From the NCBI GenBank assembly GCA_027620495.1, contig JAQCEA010000008.1, positions 12,098-76,097 of the forward strand: DNA of 64,000 nt, read 5' to 3'. Below the pieces are notes generated by a model. That model was not told the origin of the DNA and did no database searches. It saw nothing but the letters and a program-made list of their open reading frames with translations. The stretch comes from Pseudomonadota bacterium (GTDB taxonomy: Bacteria > Pseudomonadota > Alphaproteobacteria > Puniceispirillales > Puniceispirillaceae). Positions 28,703-38,566 of the stretch are shown piece after piece (the first letter of the stretch is position 1; every line of letters begins with the position of its first letter). The translations under genes and the position numbers were made by a program.

Positions 28703-29779
28703 TTGTTTATGTCTAGTCTTTTGTTTGAACCCATCACTCTGGCCGGTATAACACTGCCAAACCGCATCGTGGTGGCACCGATGTGTCAATATTCTGCTGA
28801 CAAAGGTACGATGAATGATTGGCATATTGCCAACGCTGGATCATTTGCAAGAAGCGGCCCGGGGTTGATCATTCTTGAGGCCAGCGGTGTCGAAGCGGCT
28901 GGTCGCATTACACATGGATGTGCCGGGCTTTATTCTGATGAAAATGAAGTGGCAATGGCACGCGTGGTGGCGTTCTGTAAATCGGTTGGGCATAGCAAAA
29001 TTGGCGTCCAGTTGGCGCATGCGGGTCGCAAAGCATCAACACAGCGGCCGTGGGAAGGCGGGTCTGCATTATCGGACGGGGCATGGCAGACATTTGCCCC
29101 CTCGGCGGTTGCCTTTGAGCCAAGCTGGCACACGCCGCAAGCATTGGATGGCGATGGTTTGGCGCGGATCAAACAGGCGTTTGTTGCCGCCGCTAAGCGA
29201 GCCTTGCGAATCGATATGGACGCCATTGAATTACATGCCGCACATGGCTATTTGCTGCATCAATTTTTATCGCCACTCAGCAACCAGCGGGATGATTCCT
29301 ATGGCGGATCATTGGATAATCGCATGCGCTATCCGTTGGAAATTTTTGATGCTGTGCGTGCGGTATGGCCAGAAGACCGGCCGTTGCTTGTGCGGGTATC
29401 TGCCAGTGATTGGGTTGATGGTGGCTGGGATGTTGAACAAACCGCATTATTTGCTGAAAAATTGCAAGACCGGGGCTGTTCAGCGCTGCATGTCAGCAGT
29501 GGTGGCAATTCGCCGTTACAACAGATTAATATCGGCCCAGGGTATCAAGTCGGCTTTGCTGATTTTATTCGGCAGCGCGTCAACATGCCGGTGATCGCTG
29601 TTGGCATGATCACTGATCCGTTTCAAGCGGAAACGATCATCCGTTCAGGCCAGGCCGATATGGTCGCGCTGGCGCGCGAATTTTTGCGTGATCCGCATTG
29701 GGTATGGCGGGCGGCAAAGGCGCTGCGAGCCACCAGTTCTGTACCGCAACAATATCAGCGGGCCGTATCGTTTGACTAG
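28703..29779 (+). CDS. NADH:flavin oxidoreductase, Old Yellow Enzyme family (YqjM-like)
   Basis: 358 aa. LPNRIVVAPMCQYSA, HAAHGYLLHQFLSP. SD AGGAG upstream. Confidence 0.9.
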   Translation: MFMSSLLFEPITLAGITLPNRIVVAPMCQYSADKGTMNDWHIANAGSFARSGPGLIILEASGVEAAGRITHGCAGLYSDENEVAMARVVAFCKSVGHSKIGVQLAHAGRKASTQRPWEGGSALSDGAWQTFAPSAVAFEPSWHTPQALDGDGLARIKQAFVAAAKRALRIDMDAIELHAAHGYLLHQFLSPLSNQRDDSYGGSLDNRMRYPLEIFDAVRAVWPEDRPLLVRVSASDWVDGGWDVEQTALFAEKLQDRGCSALHVSSGGNSPLQQINIGPGYQVGFADFIRQRVNMPVIAVGMITDPFQAETIIRSGQADMVALAREFLRDPHWVWRAAKALRATSSVPQQYQRAVSFD

Positions 29780-29805
29780 CTAGGCACCGCCGATCAAGAT
29801 TTGAT

Positions 29806-31197
29806 TTGACGTTTGGGGTGTCAACCATATCGTCAAAGTCAGCTAGGTTAAGGGATTGCTGGGTAGGATTTGCCTTGGATGATGCAAAATCATTTGCCGT
29901 TTTGTGCCGCGAATGTGGGGTGGCAGGCTTTGTCGGCGCCCCAAAACCCCCCGCTGATTGTGTTGTGTGTCAAAGCCGGAATATACGCAGCCACCCTGAA
30001 TTATTTGATCTGACGATTGCGCATATTGATTGCGATGCGTTTTATGCGTCAATTGAAAAGCGTGATCATCCAGATTTATTGAACAAACCGGTGATTGTTG
30101 GGGGCGGGGACCGCGGTGTGGTTGCCGCCGCCTGTTACATTGCGCGACAATATGGGGTGCGCTCTGCCATGCCAGCGTGGCAGGCGTTAAAACGCTGTCC
30201 AGATGCGGTTGTGATCAAACCGCGGATGGCGCATTACACAAAGGTCAGCCGGCAGATTCGCGACCATATGCTGTCGTTAACACCGCTTGTCCAATCGCTG
30301 TCGATTGATGAAGCGTTTTTGGATTTATCTGGCACGCAAAAATACCATAAATGCAGTCCTGCCGAAGCGCTGATGCGGTTACAAAAACATATCTATGCCG
30401 ATATCGGCATTACTGTGTCGATTGGGCTTGGACCAAACAAATCTCTGGCCAAAATGGCATCTGACCGGGACAAACCAAATGGGTTTTTTGTCATTGGTGC
30501 CGCTGAAGCCGAAACGTGGTTGGCACCACAACCGGTGTCTGTCCTCTTTGGCATCGGTAAAGCCACAATCAAGAAATTACATAGCGCCGGTTATCACAGC
30601 TGCGCGGATCTTGTCGCCGCCAATGAACGTCACTTAGCGGCGGTGCTTGGCAGTCAGACCAGACAAATTATGGCGCTGGCAAAGGGCATTGACCAGAGAC
30701 CGGTGACGCCGGAACGCGCCGCAAAATCAGTCTCGAATGAAACCACATTTTCTCGTGATTTGTCAGCCTTTACCGATTTGGAAGCTGCGTTAGAGCGGTT
30801 ATGCAGTAAATTAGCAAAAAGGCTAAAGGCCAGCCAGCTTACCGGGGCCACTGTAACCTTAAAGCTGAAACGCTCAGATCACCGGATTGTTACCCGCTCT
30901 CACAGTCTCGAAACTCCAACTGACAAGGCGCATATCTTGTTTGATGTTGGTCGGCGGCTTCTTGTTCCAGAAACTAAAAAACAATTATCTTACAGATTGT
31001 TAGGCATTGGCGTTAGTCATTTAGATCATTTGACAACACAAACGCTTTTTGAATATAATGGTGGTGTTGATGACAAACGGAATCGACTAGAAGCGGCGAT
31101 GGATCAATTGCAGAGCAAACTTGGTGATCGCATTATTCAATCTGGGCGTCAATTTTCTCGCCAACAATCTGATAATGCTGATGATGATCCAGCCTAA
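29806..31197 (+). CDS. dinB: DNA polymerase IV (DinB) with N-terminal Cys4 extension
   Basis: IAHIDCDAFYASIEKRD, SIDEAFLD, little-finger region. No ATG near the 5' end. Possible starts are TTG 29806, GTG 29818 or TTG 29875, so the start is uncertain. Confidence 0.9.
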   Translation: MTFGVSTISSKSARLRDCWVGFALDDAKSFAVLCRECGVAGFVGAPKPPADCVVCQSRNIRSHPELFDLTIAHIDCDAFYASIEKRDHPDLLNKPVIVGGGDRGVVAAACYIARQYGVRSAMPAWQALKRCPDAVVIKPRMAHYTKVSRQIRDHMLSLTPLVQSLSIDEAFLDLSGTQKYHKCSPAEALMRLQKHIYADIGITVSIGLGPNKSLAKMASDRDKPNGFFVIGAAEAETWLAPQPVSVLFGIGKATIKKLHSAGYHSCADLVAANERHLAAVLGSQTRQIMALAKGIDQRPVTPERAAKSVSNETTFSRDLSAFTDLEAALERLCSKLAKRLKASQLTGATVTLKLKRSDHRIVTRSHSLETPTDKAHILFDVGRRLLVPETKKQLSYRLLGIGVSHLDHLTTQTLFEYNGGVDDKRNRLEAAMDQLQSKLGDRIIQSGRQFSRQQSDNADDDPA

Positions 31198-31775
31198 AAC
31201 GGGTTTCTTGGCGTGCGGTCGCTAGACAATGACTGTTGGCGCTGTTGGCAAAGCAACTCAATCGCATCGGCCAGATGAATTTGCTCAATATGGTCATCAC
31301 CGCGGGCAACGCGCAAGCGATGCGCCTCGATTAACACATCGGCATGGGTGGCCCCAACTGGTGGATCAAACCGATAGGCTGCCAACTCTATCAGCATACC
31401 AAGAGGATCTCTGAAATAAATTGAATCCATAAAACCGCGGTCTTTTGGGCCAGAATGGGTGATGCCGCGCTCATCTAGACGCTCGACAGTCTGGGCAAAT
31501 GTCGCCTGACTAACGGTAATTGCCAGATGATGCAGATGACCGGCCCCTTGCGGTGGTCGCCGCTTTTCAGGTTTTCGGGTTTCATCGGTAAACACCGTGA
31601 TCAAACGACCATCGCCGGGATCAAAATAAATATGGCCTTCATTTGGGTTGTCCAGATTAGGCTGGTCAAAAATGAACGGCATACCCAACACACCTTCCCA
31701 GAAATCGATAGATGTCTGGCGGTCAGCCCCAATGATGGTGATATGGTGAATACCTTGCGCCTGAATTTTTCGCAT
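31194..31775 (-). CDS. VOC-family (glyoxalase/ring-cleaving dioxygenase-like) protein
   Basis: 193 aa. GIHHITIIGADRQTSIDFWEGVLGM and a second beta-alpha-beta-beta-beta module HLHHLAI. Confidence 0.75.
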   Translation of the reverse strand: MRKIQAQGIHHITIIGADRQTSIDFWEGVLGMPFIFDQPNLDNPNEGHIYFDPGDGRLITVFTDETRKPEKRRPPQGAGHLHHLAITVSQATFAQTVERLDERGITHSGPKDRGFMDSIYFRDPLGMLIELAAYRFDPPVGATHADVLIEAHRLRVARGDDHIEQIHLADAIELLCQQRQQSLSSDRTPRNPF

Positions 31776-31826
31776 AGATCATGACCTCAAAAAATTCTGT
31801 TTATGACGGGAAGAACCCTTGTTTTT

Positions 31827-32747
31827 CTACCAACCCGCGGCGCCAGTTTTAATGAATGTGCCGTTATTAAGTTCCCGCATCGCCTGTTGCAATTCGGCCT
31901 GTGTGTTCATAACAATCGGGCCATGCCAGGCCACAGGTTCCCGCAACGGCGCACCAGAGATTAATAAAAATCGTACGCCTTGTTCGCCAGATGTAACGGC
32001 AACCTCATCGCCATCACCAAACAGCACCAATGTCCGGTTGCCCGACATATCACGGATTTCTATTTCTTCGCCGGCACATTCCTTTTCAACTTTCACCCCA
32101 AAAGGCGAAGAAGCGTTGCTGAATGATGCACTGCCCTCAAAAATATAAGCAAATCCCTGACGCCGCGTGTCAAACGGAAAGACTTTGAAACAGTTAGGGG
32201 GAAGGGTGATATCGAGATATTGCGGTTCTGCCGCGATGCCGTCAACTGGCCCCTCATAGCCGCGGTAGTTACCCGCAATGATCCGAATACGGCTGTCATC
32301 ATCATCATGGAGTTCGGTTATATCATTCGATTTAATATCCTGATAACGCGGCGTGGTCATTTTCTGGTTTGCTGGCAAATTTGCCCACAATTGAAAGCCA
32401 TGCATTTCGCCAGCCGCGTTACCATGGGGCATTTCCTGATGGATGATTCCAGATCCGGCAGTCATCCACTGGACATCACCGCCGCTTAATGTCCCCTGAT
32501 TGCCAAGGCTGTCACCGTGATCAACGGTGCCTTTCAGCACATAGGTAATGGTTTCAATGCCGCGATGCGGGTGCCATGGAAACCCATTTTTATATTGGGC
32601 AGGGTCATCATTGCGAAAATCATCCATCATCAAAAATGGATCAAACGGCTTAGTATCACCAAAACCGAACACCCGGTGAAGATGAACCCCGGCCCCTTCC
32701 ATGGTCGGGCGTGACTGGCTGGACATTTTTACTGGCCTGATTGACAT
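31827..32747 (-). CDS. Pirin family protein
   Basis: HPHRGIETITYVLKG..H.D cupin metal motif. Start at ATG 32747 with SD GGAG 7 nt upstream. The track ORF extends to 32834. Confidence 0.88.
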   Translation of the reverse strand: MSIRPVKMSSQSRPTMEGAGVHLHRVFGFGDTKPFDPFLMMDDFRNDDPAQYKNGFPWHPHRGIETITYVLKGTVDHGDSLGNQGTLSGGDVQWMTAGSGIIHQEMPHGNAAGEMHGFQLWANLPANQKMTTPRYQDIKSNDITELHDDDDSRIRIIAGNYRGYEGPVDGIAAEPQYLDITLPPNCFKVFPFDTRRQGFAYIFEGSASFSNASSPFGVKVEKECAGEEIEIRDMSGNRTLVLFGDGDEVAVTSGEQGVRFLLISGAPLREPVAWHGPIVMNTQAELQQAMRELNNGTFIKTGAAGW

Positions 32748-32999
32748 ATGCCGTCTCCAAAAAACACTAAAAAGAATTGCTGGTACGGTAACGGGCGGAA
32801 ACATCACCAAGCCCCGGTGCCGTGCCATGATCATAAGCCTAATATAATGTGTCTAAAGATTTTTTTGCATAACTGTTTTCAAAGAAGAACTTTTGCAGAT
32901 TGCGCAATAAAAGACGGTAATTTTTCTAAATGGTTAAAGGCTAAATTTTCATTCAGGTCATGGCTGCGAGATGCGGCTTTTTCAGGGCCAGTATTTTGG

Positions 33000-33884
33000 C
33001 TAGCGCGCGATGGGCGTGGCGGCCGGTTGTTTTTGGCTGGCAAGGGTCATTGCAATCACCGCAGCCAAAGTGATGCCCCCACCAATGATTTCCATATTTG
33101 ATAGGGCCTCGCCCAAAAACACCCACGGCCAAAGCGGGCCAAGAACGCTCTCAATCAGCACTAGCAAACTAACTTCGGCGGCAGGAAGATAGCCGGTCCC
33201 GGTTGTCACCAAGGCAATGCCAAGGCCAATGGTAAACGCCCCCATAAATAGGATGATGGCTAGGTCTGTTTGTTTTATGCCAATCCCGCCATCCAGCAAA
33301 AAAGCGGCAACAGCGCCCAATGCGGCACTAAAAATACCGGCCATAAATGTACCACCAAGCACATCTGTCTTACGACTGCGCCGCGCAATCACCAGCATAA
33401 TGGCAAAGCATCCAGCCGACATAAACGCGCTGATATTGCCAAGTGAATAGCCAAGTGACGCCCCGTCATACACCATTAGACCAACGCCAAAAATCGCTAC
33501 GATCATGGTCGGCCATGTCACCGGATGTGGTATTTCGCCGATCCATTTCCACGCAATGATGGCGGCCAAAAACGGAACAATCGTTAAAATCAGCAGGGTT
33601 GAAGCCACCGAGGTATGTAGCATTGAAAAAATATAGCTGGTAAAGGCAAGTGCCAGCCAAGCACCCATCCACAGATCATGCCGGTCGATTGACCGAAGCA
33701 GCGCTTTTGGTGTGCAGTGACGCCGAAAGCAAATCACCGCCAGCACAATTAACGTAAGGCTTATCGATCTGTAAAATAATATCTGAAACCCAGTCGCGTC
33801 ATCCAATAGGCGCATCAAAACACCAACAAAGCTCATGAAAGATGCGCCAGCAAGTACAAAAATCATGGCGATGGGTCGTGTCAT
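33000..33884 (-). CDS. DMT-superfamily (EamA-type) transporter
   Basis: 294 aa, about 10 TM helices, duplicated EamA-like halves. Confidence 0.8.
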   Translation of the reverse strand: MTRPIAMIFVLAGASFMSFVGVLMRLLDDATGFQILFYRSISLTLIVLAVICFRRHCTPKALLRSIDRHDLWMGAWLALAFTSYIFSMLHTSVASTLLILTIVPFLAAIIAWKWIGEIPHPVTWPTMIVAIFGVGLMVYDGASLGYSLGNISAFMSAGCFAIMLVIARRSRKTDVLGGTFMAGIFSAALGAVAAFLLDGGIGIKQTDLAIILFMGAFTIGLGIALVTTGTGYLPAAEVSLLVLIESVLGPLWPWVFLGEALSNMEIIGGGITLAAVIAMTLASQKQPAATPIAR

Positions 33885-33902
33885 GACAAGCCCTACAGCA
33901 AT

Positions 33903-35501
33903 TTAGTCCGTGGTTCTAAAGCGACTATGCTGAATGATAATCACCGTGCCAATAGGTAAAATGAGCGCAATAGCGGCAACGGTCATCAACAAGAAGCCAA
34001 GCTCTGAATAATCTGCCGTTGTAACGATGTCATTGGTGATTTTGTCTTTGACTTCACGCGTTACAATAAAGACCTGATTTAGATATTTTGTGCCAAGTGC
34101 ACTTGCCGACAATGCCAGATTGGTGAAGGACGCAAATACCGCGAAAAACGTGGCTTTTAGATGTGCTGGCGCGTTTTTGGCAATCCAAGCCAGCAACGGA
34201 ATCATCGACACTTGCCCAAGTGGCGATTCAACAGCCGTATTGATGATCGCAATAAATCTGGCATCGACAATGCCGCCAGTCAGTCCCGCCGTCCAGTGAT
34301 GCATTCCATAATACATGCCGATGCTTGGCAAAAATAATACCGCACCAGCGATCGACAAAATCACGATGATTTTTGCCATAGAATTATGCGCCATAAACGG
34401 ACGCAACAAGACGATGCCTAGCAATGTCAGAATTGACGCAATCAACGACAGAACTGAAAAAAAATGTTCATCAAACAATAATTGGTCAATTTCAAACCAT
34501 GTAAGGCCCGGTCCCGGGCTTGGCATCGCCCGAAACATAAACACAATGATAGCCGTGCCAATGATCATCAGCCGCTGGTTATGCGGCAATAGGGCGACCA
34601 ACCGGCTCATCAAAAACAAAATGATGCCAACCGATCCGGCAAATACAATTTCTTGTGCGTAAAGAAAATTAGTCATGCCAAGGCTGACCGAAAATACCAC
34701 AAACACCAGAGAACCAAGAAGAATGCTCCAATTTACATCTGGTTGCCGGTGGGTGCTGATGTCCCCAGCAAGCTGGATATCAGCGGTGCTTGATCGGCGT
34801 GTAAAGCCTGCGATCATTACACCGATCACTGAAAGCGCCGGGATCATCAATGCATATAAATAAATCTCGGCATAAAGCTGTATTTTGGCGTCTTCATCCA
34901 GACTGTCGGCACCATCAAACAAAATGACATTGGCAAGGGCGACCAAAACCGTGCCGCCAATGATGGCAAACCGGCCTAATGTCTGCATGGTTGTGTGCAT
35001 ATTTTTCAATTCGGCATCACTATGCGGGACGCCGTCTTTATCGAATTCCGGCACCGCCTCGACGGTCATTGCGTCGGCGACAACATCCTGAATAACAAAT
35101 CCAACAGGTGCCAGAATGACACTCATCACATACCAGCTTTCCACTGGCAGAATATTGGCCATGTCGGCGGTATGGGCGATGAGGCCATACATAATCAACA
35201 AGCTGGCGGCGATCACCCCAGCCCCCAAAAACACCATATAGTTTTTGTGTTTCCAGATCAGATCAACCAGATGGCCAAGCGGCATTTTAAGCGCCCATGG
35301 CAAGCCAGCCCAAAACCCGAGGCTGGCCAAAAATCCAGCAGATAAATTGAGATAGTCTTTCACGAAAAATGTGCCAACAATCGCGGTGAGACCGGAAATG
35401 CCAGCGGCTAGATAGACCATCAAAGGTGGCACATAACTCCAGCGGAACTGTCGTGGCAATTCCGTTAAAATCATCACGATATGCCGCACCATTGCCATCA
35501 A
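33903..35501 (-). CDS. MFS-type transporter, BT1 (folate/biopterin transporter)-like
   Basis: 532 aa, 12 or more TM helices. FVKDYLNLS...PWALKMPLGHLVD resembles the BT1 signature. The subfamily call is tentative. ATGA overlap with the upstream rhodanese gene. Confidence 0.55.
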   Translation of the reverse strand: MMAMVRHIVMILTELPRQFRWSYVPPLMVYLAAGISGLTAIVGTFFVKDYLNLSAGFLASLGFWAGLPWALKMPLGHLVDLIWKHKNYMVFLGAGVIAASLLIMYGLIAHTADMANILPVESWYVMSVILAPVGFVIQDVVADAMTVEAVPEFDKDGVPHSDAELKNMHTTMQTLGRFAIIGGTVLVALANVILFDGADSLDEDAKIQLYAEIYLYALMIPALSVIGVMIAGFTRRSSTADIQLAGDISTHRQPDVNWSILLGSLVFVVFSVSLGMTNFLYAQEIVFAGSVGIILFLMSRLVALLPHNQRLMIIGTAIIVFMFRAMPSPGPGLTWFEIDQLLFDEHFFSVLSLIASILTLLGIVLLRPFMAHNSMAKIIVILSIAGAVLFLPSIGMYYGMHHWTAGLTGGIVDARFIAIINTAVESPLGQVSMIPLLAWIAKNAPAHLKATFFAVFASFTNLALSASALGTKYLNQVFIVTREVKDKITNDIVTTADYSELGFLLMTVAAIALILPIGTVIIIQHSRFRTTD

Positions 35502-37033
35502 TTTTTTCCGCCACTTGTTTCTGAAAGTCGGTCATGCCAGATGTTTAGAATCATCGGCGGGGTACGATCGGGCAAATCTTCTTCCCACGCCAGATAATCC
35601 TGTGCATCTTTCAAAACCCCAAAATGTCGTCCGGCAAAAAGCGCGCTTTTATCAATGGGTGTCTCATCCTGATCAAATATAGCCGCTGTAGATGACAATA
35701 TCTTTGGATCAAGCAGATGGTTTTGCCATACATATATACCGTCAATTTGCCATCCGATATCGGTCAAAATATCAAAAATCATCTTGCCGGTCTGATGGCA
35801 TGGCGCGATTATTCCAATCGCGCTCATGTCCGGTTTTTGATGGAACATTTGGCTGATATTTTGCCAGTGGCTGGATATGATATGGCCCGATGCAAATTCA
35901 GAAGACAGCCGAAAATCATATATTTTTGTGCGGTTTGATAGCCATGTTTCAATAAGCCGCTGATCAGATTTTTCCTGAACATCATTATGTTTTTGCAGGC
36001 TGAATTGAAGACGATCTGCGTCAACAATGATGATTTTAACGCAAAATCCCATCCGTGACAGCCAATAGGCGGCGAATGCCGCCCGGCTTCCAGAGGCGCT
36101 GTCAAATAACAAAATGGGCAGATGATATCTGGCGATTGATCGGTCGGTTTGTTGCACAAGGTTTGTACCAGAAATTTTAATAATATCCGGGCCAACAAGA
36201 AAGCCGTTGGCGGCGTCATCGGATACGTCAAACATCAAATGATCGCTGTTAGCCTCGATTAATGGAGGGAGTTCTGTTGGTTGGATATATGTGACAGGGA
36301 TACGCCATCTGTTCAAAAAATTGGTGACCGATTCCGCCGATTCAGTGTTCGCCGCCATTGTTCTGGTGGCGCCATGTTCGCGGGCAAATCCATCAAGTTC
36401 CCACGCTTGTGTGCCCCCTCTAAAAATGCCAAAATTTCCGCTATATCCGGCAGCCTTTATGGTATGGGCGCCAATGATTGATCGGGTTCTGCCAGCACAA
36501 TGCAATAACACCATATCAGCATGATTATTTAGCCGCGCCATATTTGCCAAAAGCAGACTGTTCGGCAGGTTTATTGAGCTGGGCAAAGTGAACCTGTTAT
36601 ACTCGCCAGCCGGTCTGACATCGACAAGCTGGGCATGTTGATAGTCCGCCATATATTGTTGTGGTGTGACTTCCAAAATGTCTGACTGGTGCGCCACAAC
36701 CTCGCCAAATGCTTTTGACCAGACATATTCGCCTTGCACATACCCAACCACCGGGTCCGTTGGTTGGGTTGTTCGATGGGGTGTGATATTTTGGTATCCT
36801 AGTTTTTCTATATAACGCAAAGCCGCAGTGCTGGCCGTGTCTCCCCAATCTAGAAAATGGATTGGAAAGTTTTGATCAGGACATAAAAAGGGCAGGCGGT
36901 TTGGTAAAATCGACAAGGGAATATTGGTACTGCCAAACCAGTGGCCATTGACATAGTCTCGCCGTTCACGGCAATCGATCAGGCAAAATGGGTCGGCCTG
37001 TTCATATAATTTTGTAAAAATATGCGCGGTCAT
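35498..37033 (-). CDS. Multi-domain rhodanese-like protein (four rhodanese-like repeats)
   Basis: 511 aa. One canonical active-site loop HCAGRTRS. Other repeats have Asp or other residues at the Cys position (LDWGDTAS, FDSASGSRA, APCHQTG). Confidence 0.78.
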   Translation of the reverse strand: MTAHIFTKLYEQADPFCLIDCRERRDYVNGHWFGSTNIPLSILPNRLPFLCPDQNFPIHFLDWGDTASTAALRYIEKLGYQNITPHRTTQPTDPVVGYVQGEYVWSKAFGEVVAHQSDILEVTPQQYMADYQHAQLVDVRPAGEYNRFTLPSSINLPNSLLLANMARLNNHADMVLLHCAGRTRSIIGAHTIKAAGYSGNFGIFRGGTQAWELDGFAREHGATRTMAANTESAESVTNFLNRWRIPVTYIQPTELPPLIEANSDHLMFDVSDDAANGFLVGPDIIKISGTNLVQQTDRSIARYHLPILLFDSASGSRAAFAAYWLSRMGFCVKIIIVDADRLQFSLQKHNDVQEKSDQRLIETWLSNRTKIYDFRLSSEFASGHIISSHWQNISQMFHQKPDMSAIGIIAPCHQTGKMIFDILTDIGWQIDGIYVWQNHLLDPKILSSTAAIFDQDETPIDKSALFAGRHFGVLKDAQDYLAWEEDLPDRTPPMILNIWHDRLSETSGGKN

Positions 37034-37065
37034 GCTGTGATCATGTTTGGATCGAGCAGGTCTGG

Positions 37066-37566
37066 TCAGATCTGTTCATATCGCAGCCGCTTGACCTTGG
37101 ACATATCAGTCCCCTCAATCCGCAACAAGCTTGTTGGTTCGGTACGGGTCGGCGCGTGCACAACACCTTCGTCATACACATAGGCGTCTCCCGGGCGCAT
37201 CTGATAGGTCTTGTTTACAGTGACCTTGCCGGGTGTGTCATCGGTGGCTTGTTGTAAAAGATCATATTCACACATTTCAGTTTCACCGCGCACTTGTGCA
37301 TAGATGGCCCATGATGGCCCATGATCATGCGGGGGTGCGGTTTTTGGACCGGGATAATTATGCGCCAGAATGCAAAACCCTAGATCAGGATCTTGATAGA
37401 GCAAATCGCGTTCACCAGCGGTGATCGGCACAAGACTATCGATGGCGTCTTGATCGGTTAACAGCTGTTCAAGATGCGCGGCTATTTTTTTCCGTCCATC
37501 AGGTCCGGGATTTTCAACCAGCCATGTCCGGCATTTTTGCGATAAATCAAACAACAGTTTATTCAT
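37066..37566 (-). CDS. Cupin-fold protein, cysteine-dioxygenase-like (COG5553-type) 3-His metal site
   Basis: 166 aa. PPHDHGPSWAIYAQVRGE (H-x-H) plus a distal VVHAP His. Size and motif spacing fit thiol-dioxygenase-like cupins. Confidence 0.58.
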   Translation of the reverse strand: MNKLLFDLSQKCRTWLVENPGPDGRKKIAAHLEQLLTDQDAIDSLVPITAGERDLLYQDPDLGFCILAHNYPGPKTAPPHDHGPSWAIYAQVRGETEMCEYDLLQQATDDTPGKVTVNKTYQMRPGDAYVYDEGVVHAPTRTEPTSLLRIEGTDMSKVKRLRYEQI

Positions 37567-37622
37567 TATATTATCCCTTAGATGTGCTGGTCACCGGTTT
37601 GCCCTTATCTGCTGCATGGCGT

Positions 37623-37967
37623 TTATTTAATCGCGTTATTTTTCTGGTGTCTACTTGCCATTTTTATTTTTGACCAGACCGAGACAGATTTGCGCACCGC
37701 CCAGCCGGTTACAATGGATGATATCCATGATTGATAGGCTTCTGGGGACAGTCTGGTAACAGGTTCGTAATCAGATTTATTGTAATAGGCGAACACTTCA
37801 ATCTGCAGATCATTGATTTGTTGTCTGGCCAGCAAATCATCAATCTCCATTTCATCGGTTTTGCGAAACCATTTTTCCAACCGTTTGTTCAACCGCTTTT
37901 CAATCCAATACATGTGACGTGAACGGTAATCTGTCTCAATAATTGCTAATAATTCATCATCTGTCAC
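37623..37967 (-). CDS. Hypothetical protein (114 aa)
   Basis: ORF in the same-strand string between the DUF2805 and cupin genes. No motif recognised. Confidence 0.45.
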   Translation of the reverse strand: MTDDELLAIIETDYRSRHMYWIEKRLNKRLEKWFRKTDEMEIDDLLARQQINDLQIEVFAYYNKSDYEPVTRLSPEAYQSWISSIVTGWAVRKSVSVWSKIKMASRHQKNNAIK

Positions 37968-38017
37968 AATGGATCTCTGCCTCTGGTTTTTTGCTATGAT
38001 AGGGTGATTTATCAGGA

Positions 38018-38221
38018 TTATTTATAATGGGCGCGGCGGTCAGAAAATGCCCGCACGCGCCGCCGCCATGCCTGATAGCTGCCCGGTTTTAAATTTTGGC
38101 GCATGAGGCGTTTTACATCACTTTCTTTCAGCCCATACAGCGCTTCAATCTGCTGAAAGCTGGTATGATCAGACAAGGCCATTTCAATGACCTCATGGAT
38201 GTCATAATCCGTATTTGTCAT
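38018..38221 (-). CDS. DUF2805 / TIGR03643-family small protein
   Basis: 67 aa. VIEMALSDHTSFQQIEALYGLKESDVKRLMRQNLKPGSYQAWRRRV matches my recollection of the TIGR03643 pattern (..W.D.TPF..IE..FGL.E..V..LMR..LKP.S...WR.RV). Confidence 0.62.
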   Translation of the reverse strand: MTNTDYDIHEVIEMALSDHTSFQQIEALYGLKESDVKRLMRQNLKPGSYQAWRRRVRAFSDRRAHYK

Positions 38222-38254
38222 AAATGATGGTGCCTGTGAAAGGGGGTGTATGGC

Positions 38255-38398
38255 CTAGCTGCCAAAAACCGGCGTAAACATGTCTGGATTGTTGATCCAG
38301 TTCATGATCAATGTGACGGCAAATAGCACGACAAAGAAAATTGAAACACCAAGCAATATTTTACCAAGCTGGTTTTGTTTGAACGGGGGTAAGGCCAT
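38255..38398 (-). CDS. Small single-TM membrane protein (47 aa), not in the ORF track
   Basis: Hand translation gives MALPPFKQNQLGKILLGVSIFFVVLFAVTLIMNWINNPDMFTPVFGS*. AGGAG lies 8 nt upstream of the ATG. It heads the same-strand gene string. Confidence 0.4.
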   Translation of the reverse strand: MALPPFKQNQLGKILLGVSIFFVVLFAVTLIMNWINNPDMFTPVFGS

Positions 38399-38566
38399 AA
38401 ACTATGCTCCTAGTCGGGCGTAATCATGCCACGAAATGGCGTGGCTGCGAAGTATGAAAAATTTATCTGTTTACTCAGTTGATGATCTATGACTAGAAAT
38501 ATTTTGGCTTCGATCATGTGGTGCATCGTTGCGCAAGATATAAAATCAATAAAAAGGGGTAGGGTT

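Noticed and set aside
28875-29594. 239-aa plus-strand ORF in an alternative frame inside the OYE gene
   Set aside because: It is fully nested in the well-supported flavin oxidoreductase CDS. The translation is Arg/Trp/Cys-rich with no motif. It is most simply an open alternative frame.
31194-31197. 4-nt convergent overlap of the dinB and VOC gene ends; zero-gap convergent ends at 51676/51677
   Set aside because: These are real in the sequence but simply reflect the very compact gene packing of this genome. No functional implication can be supported.
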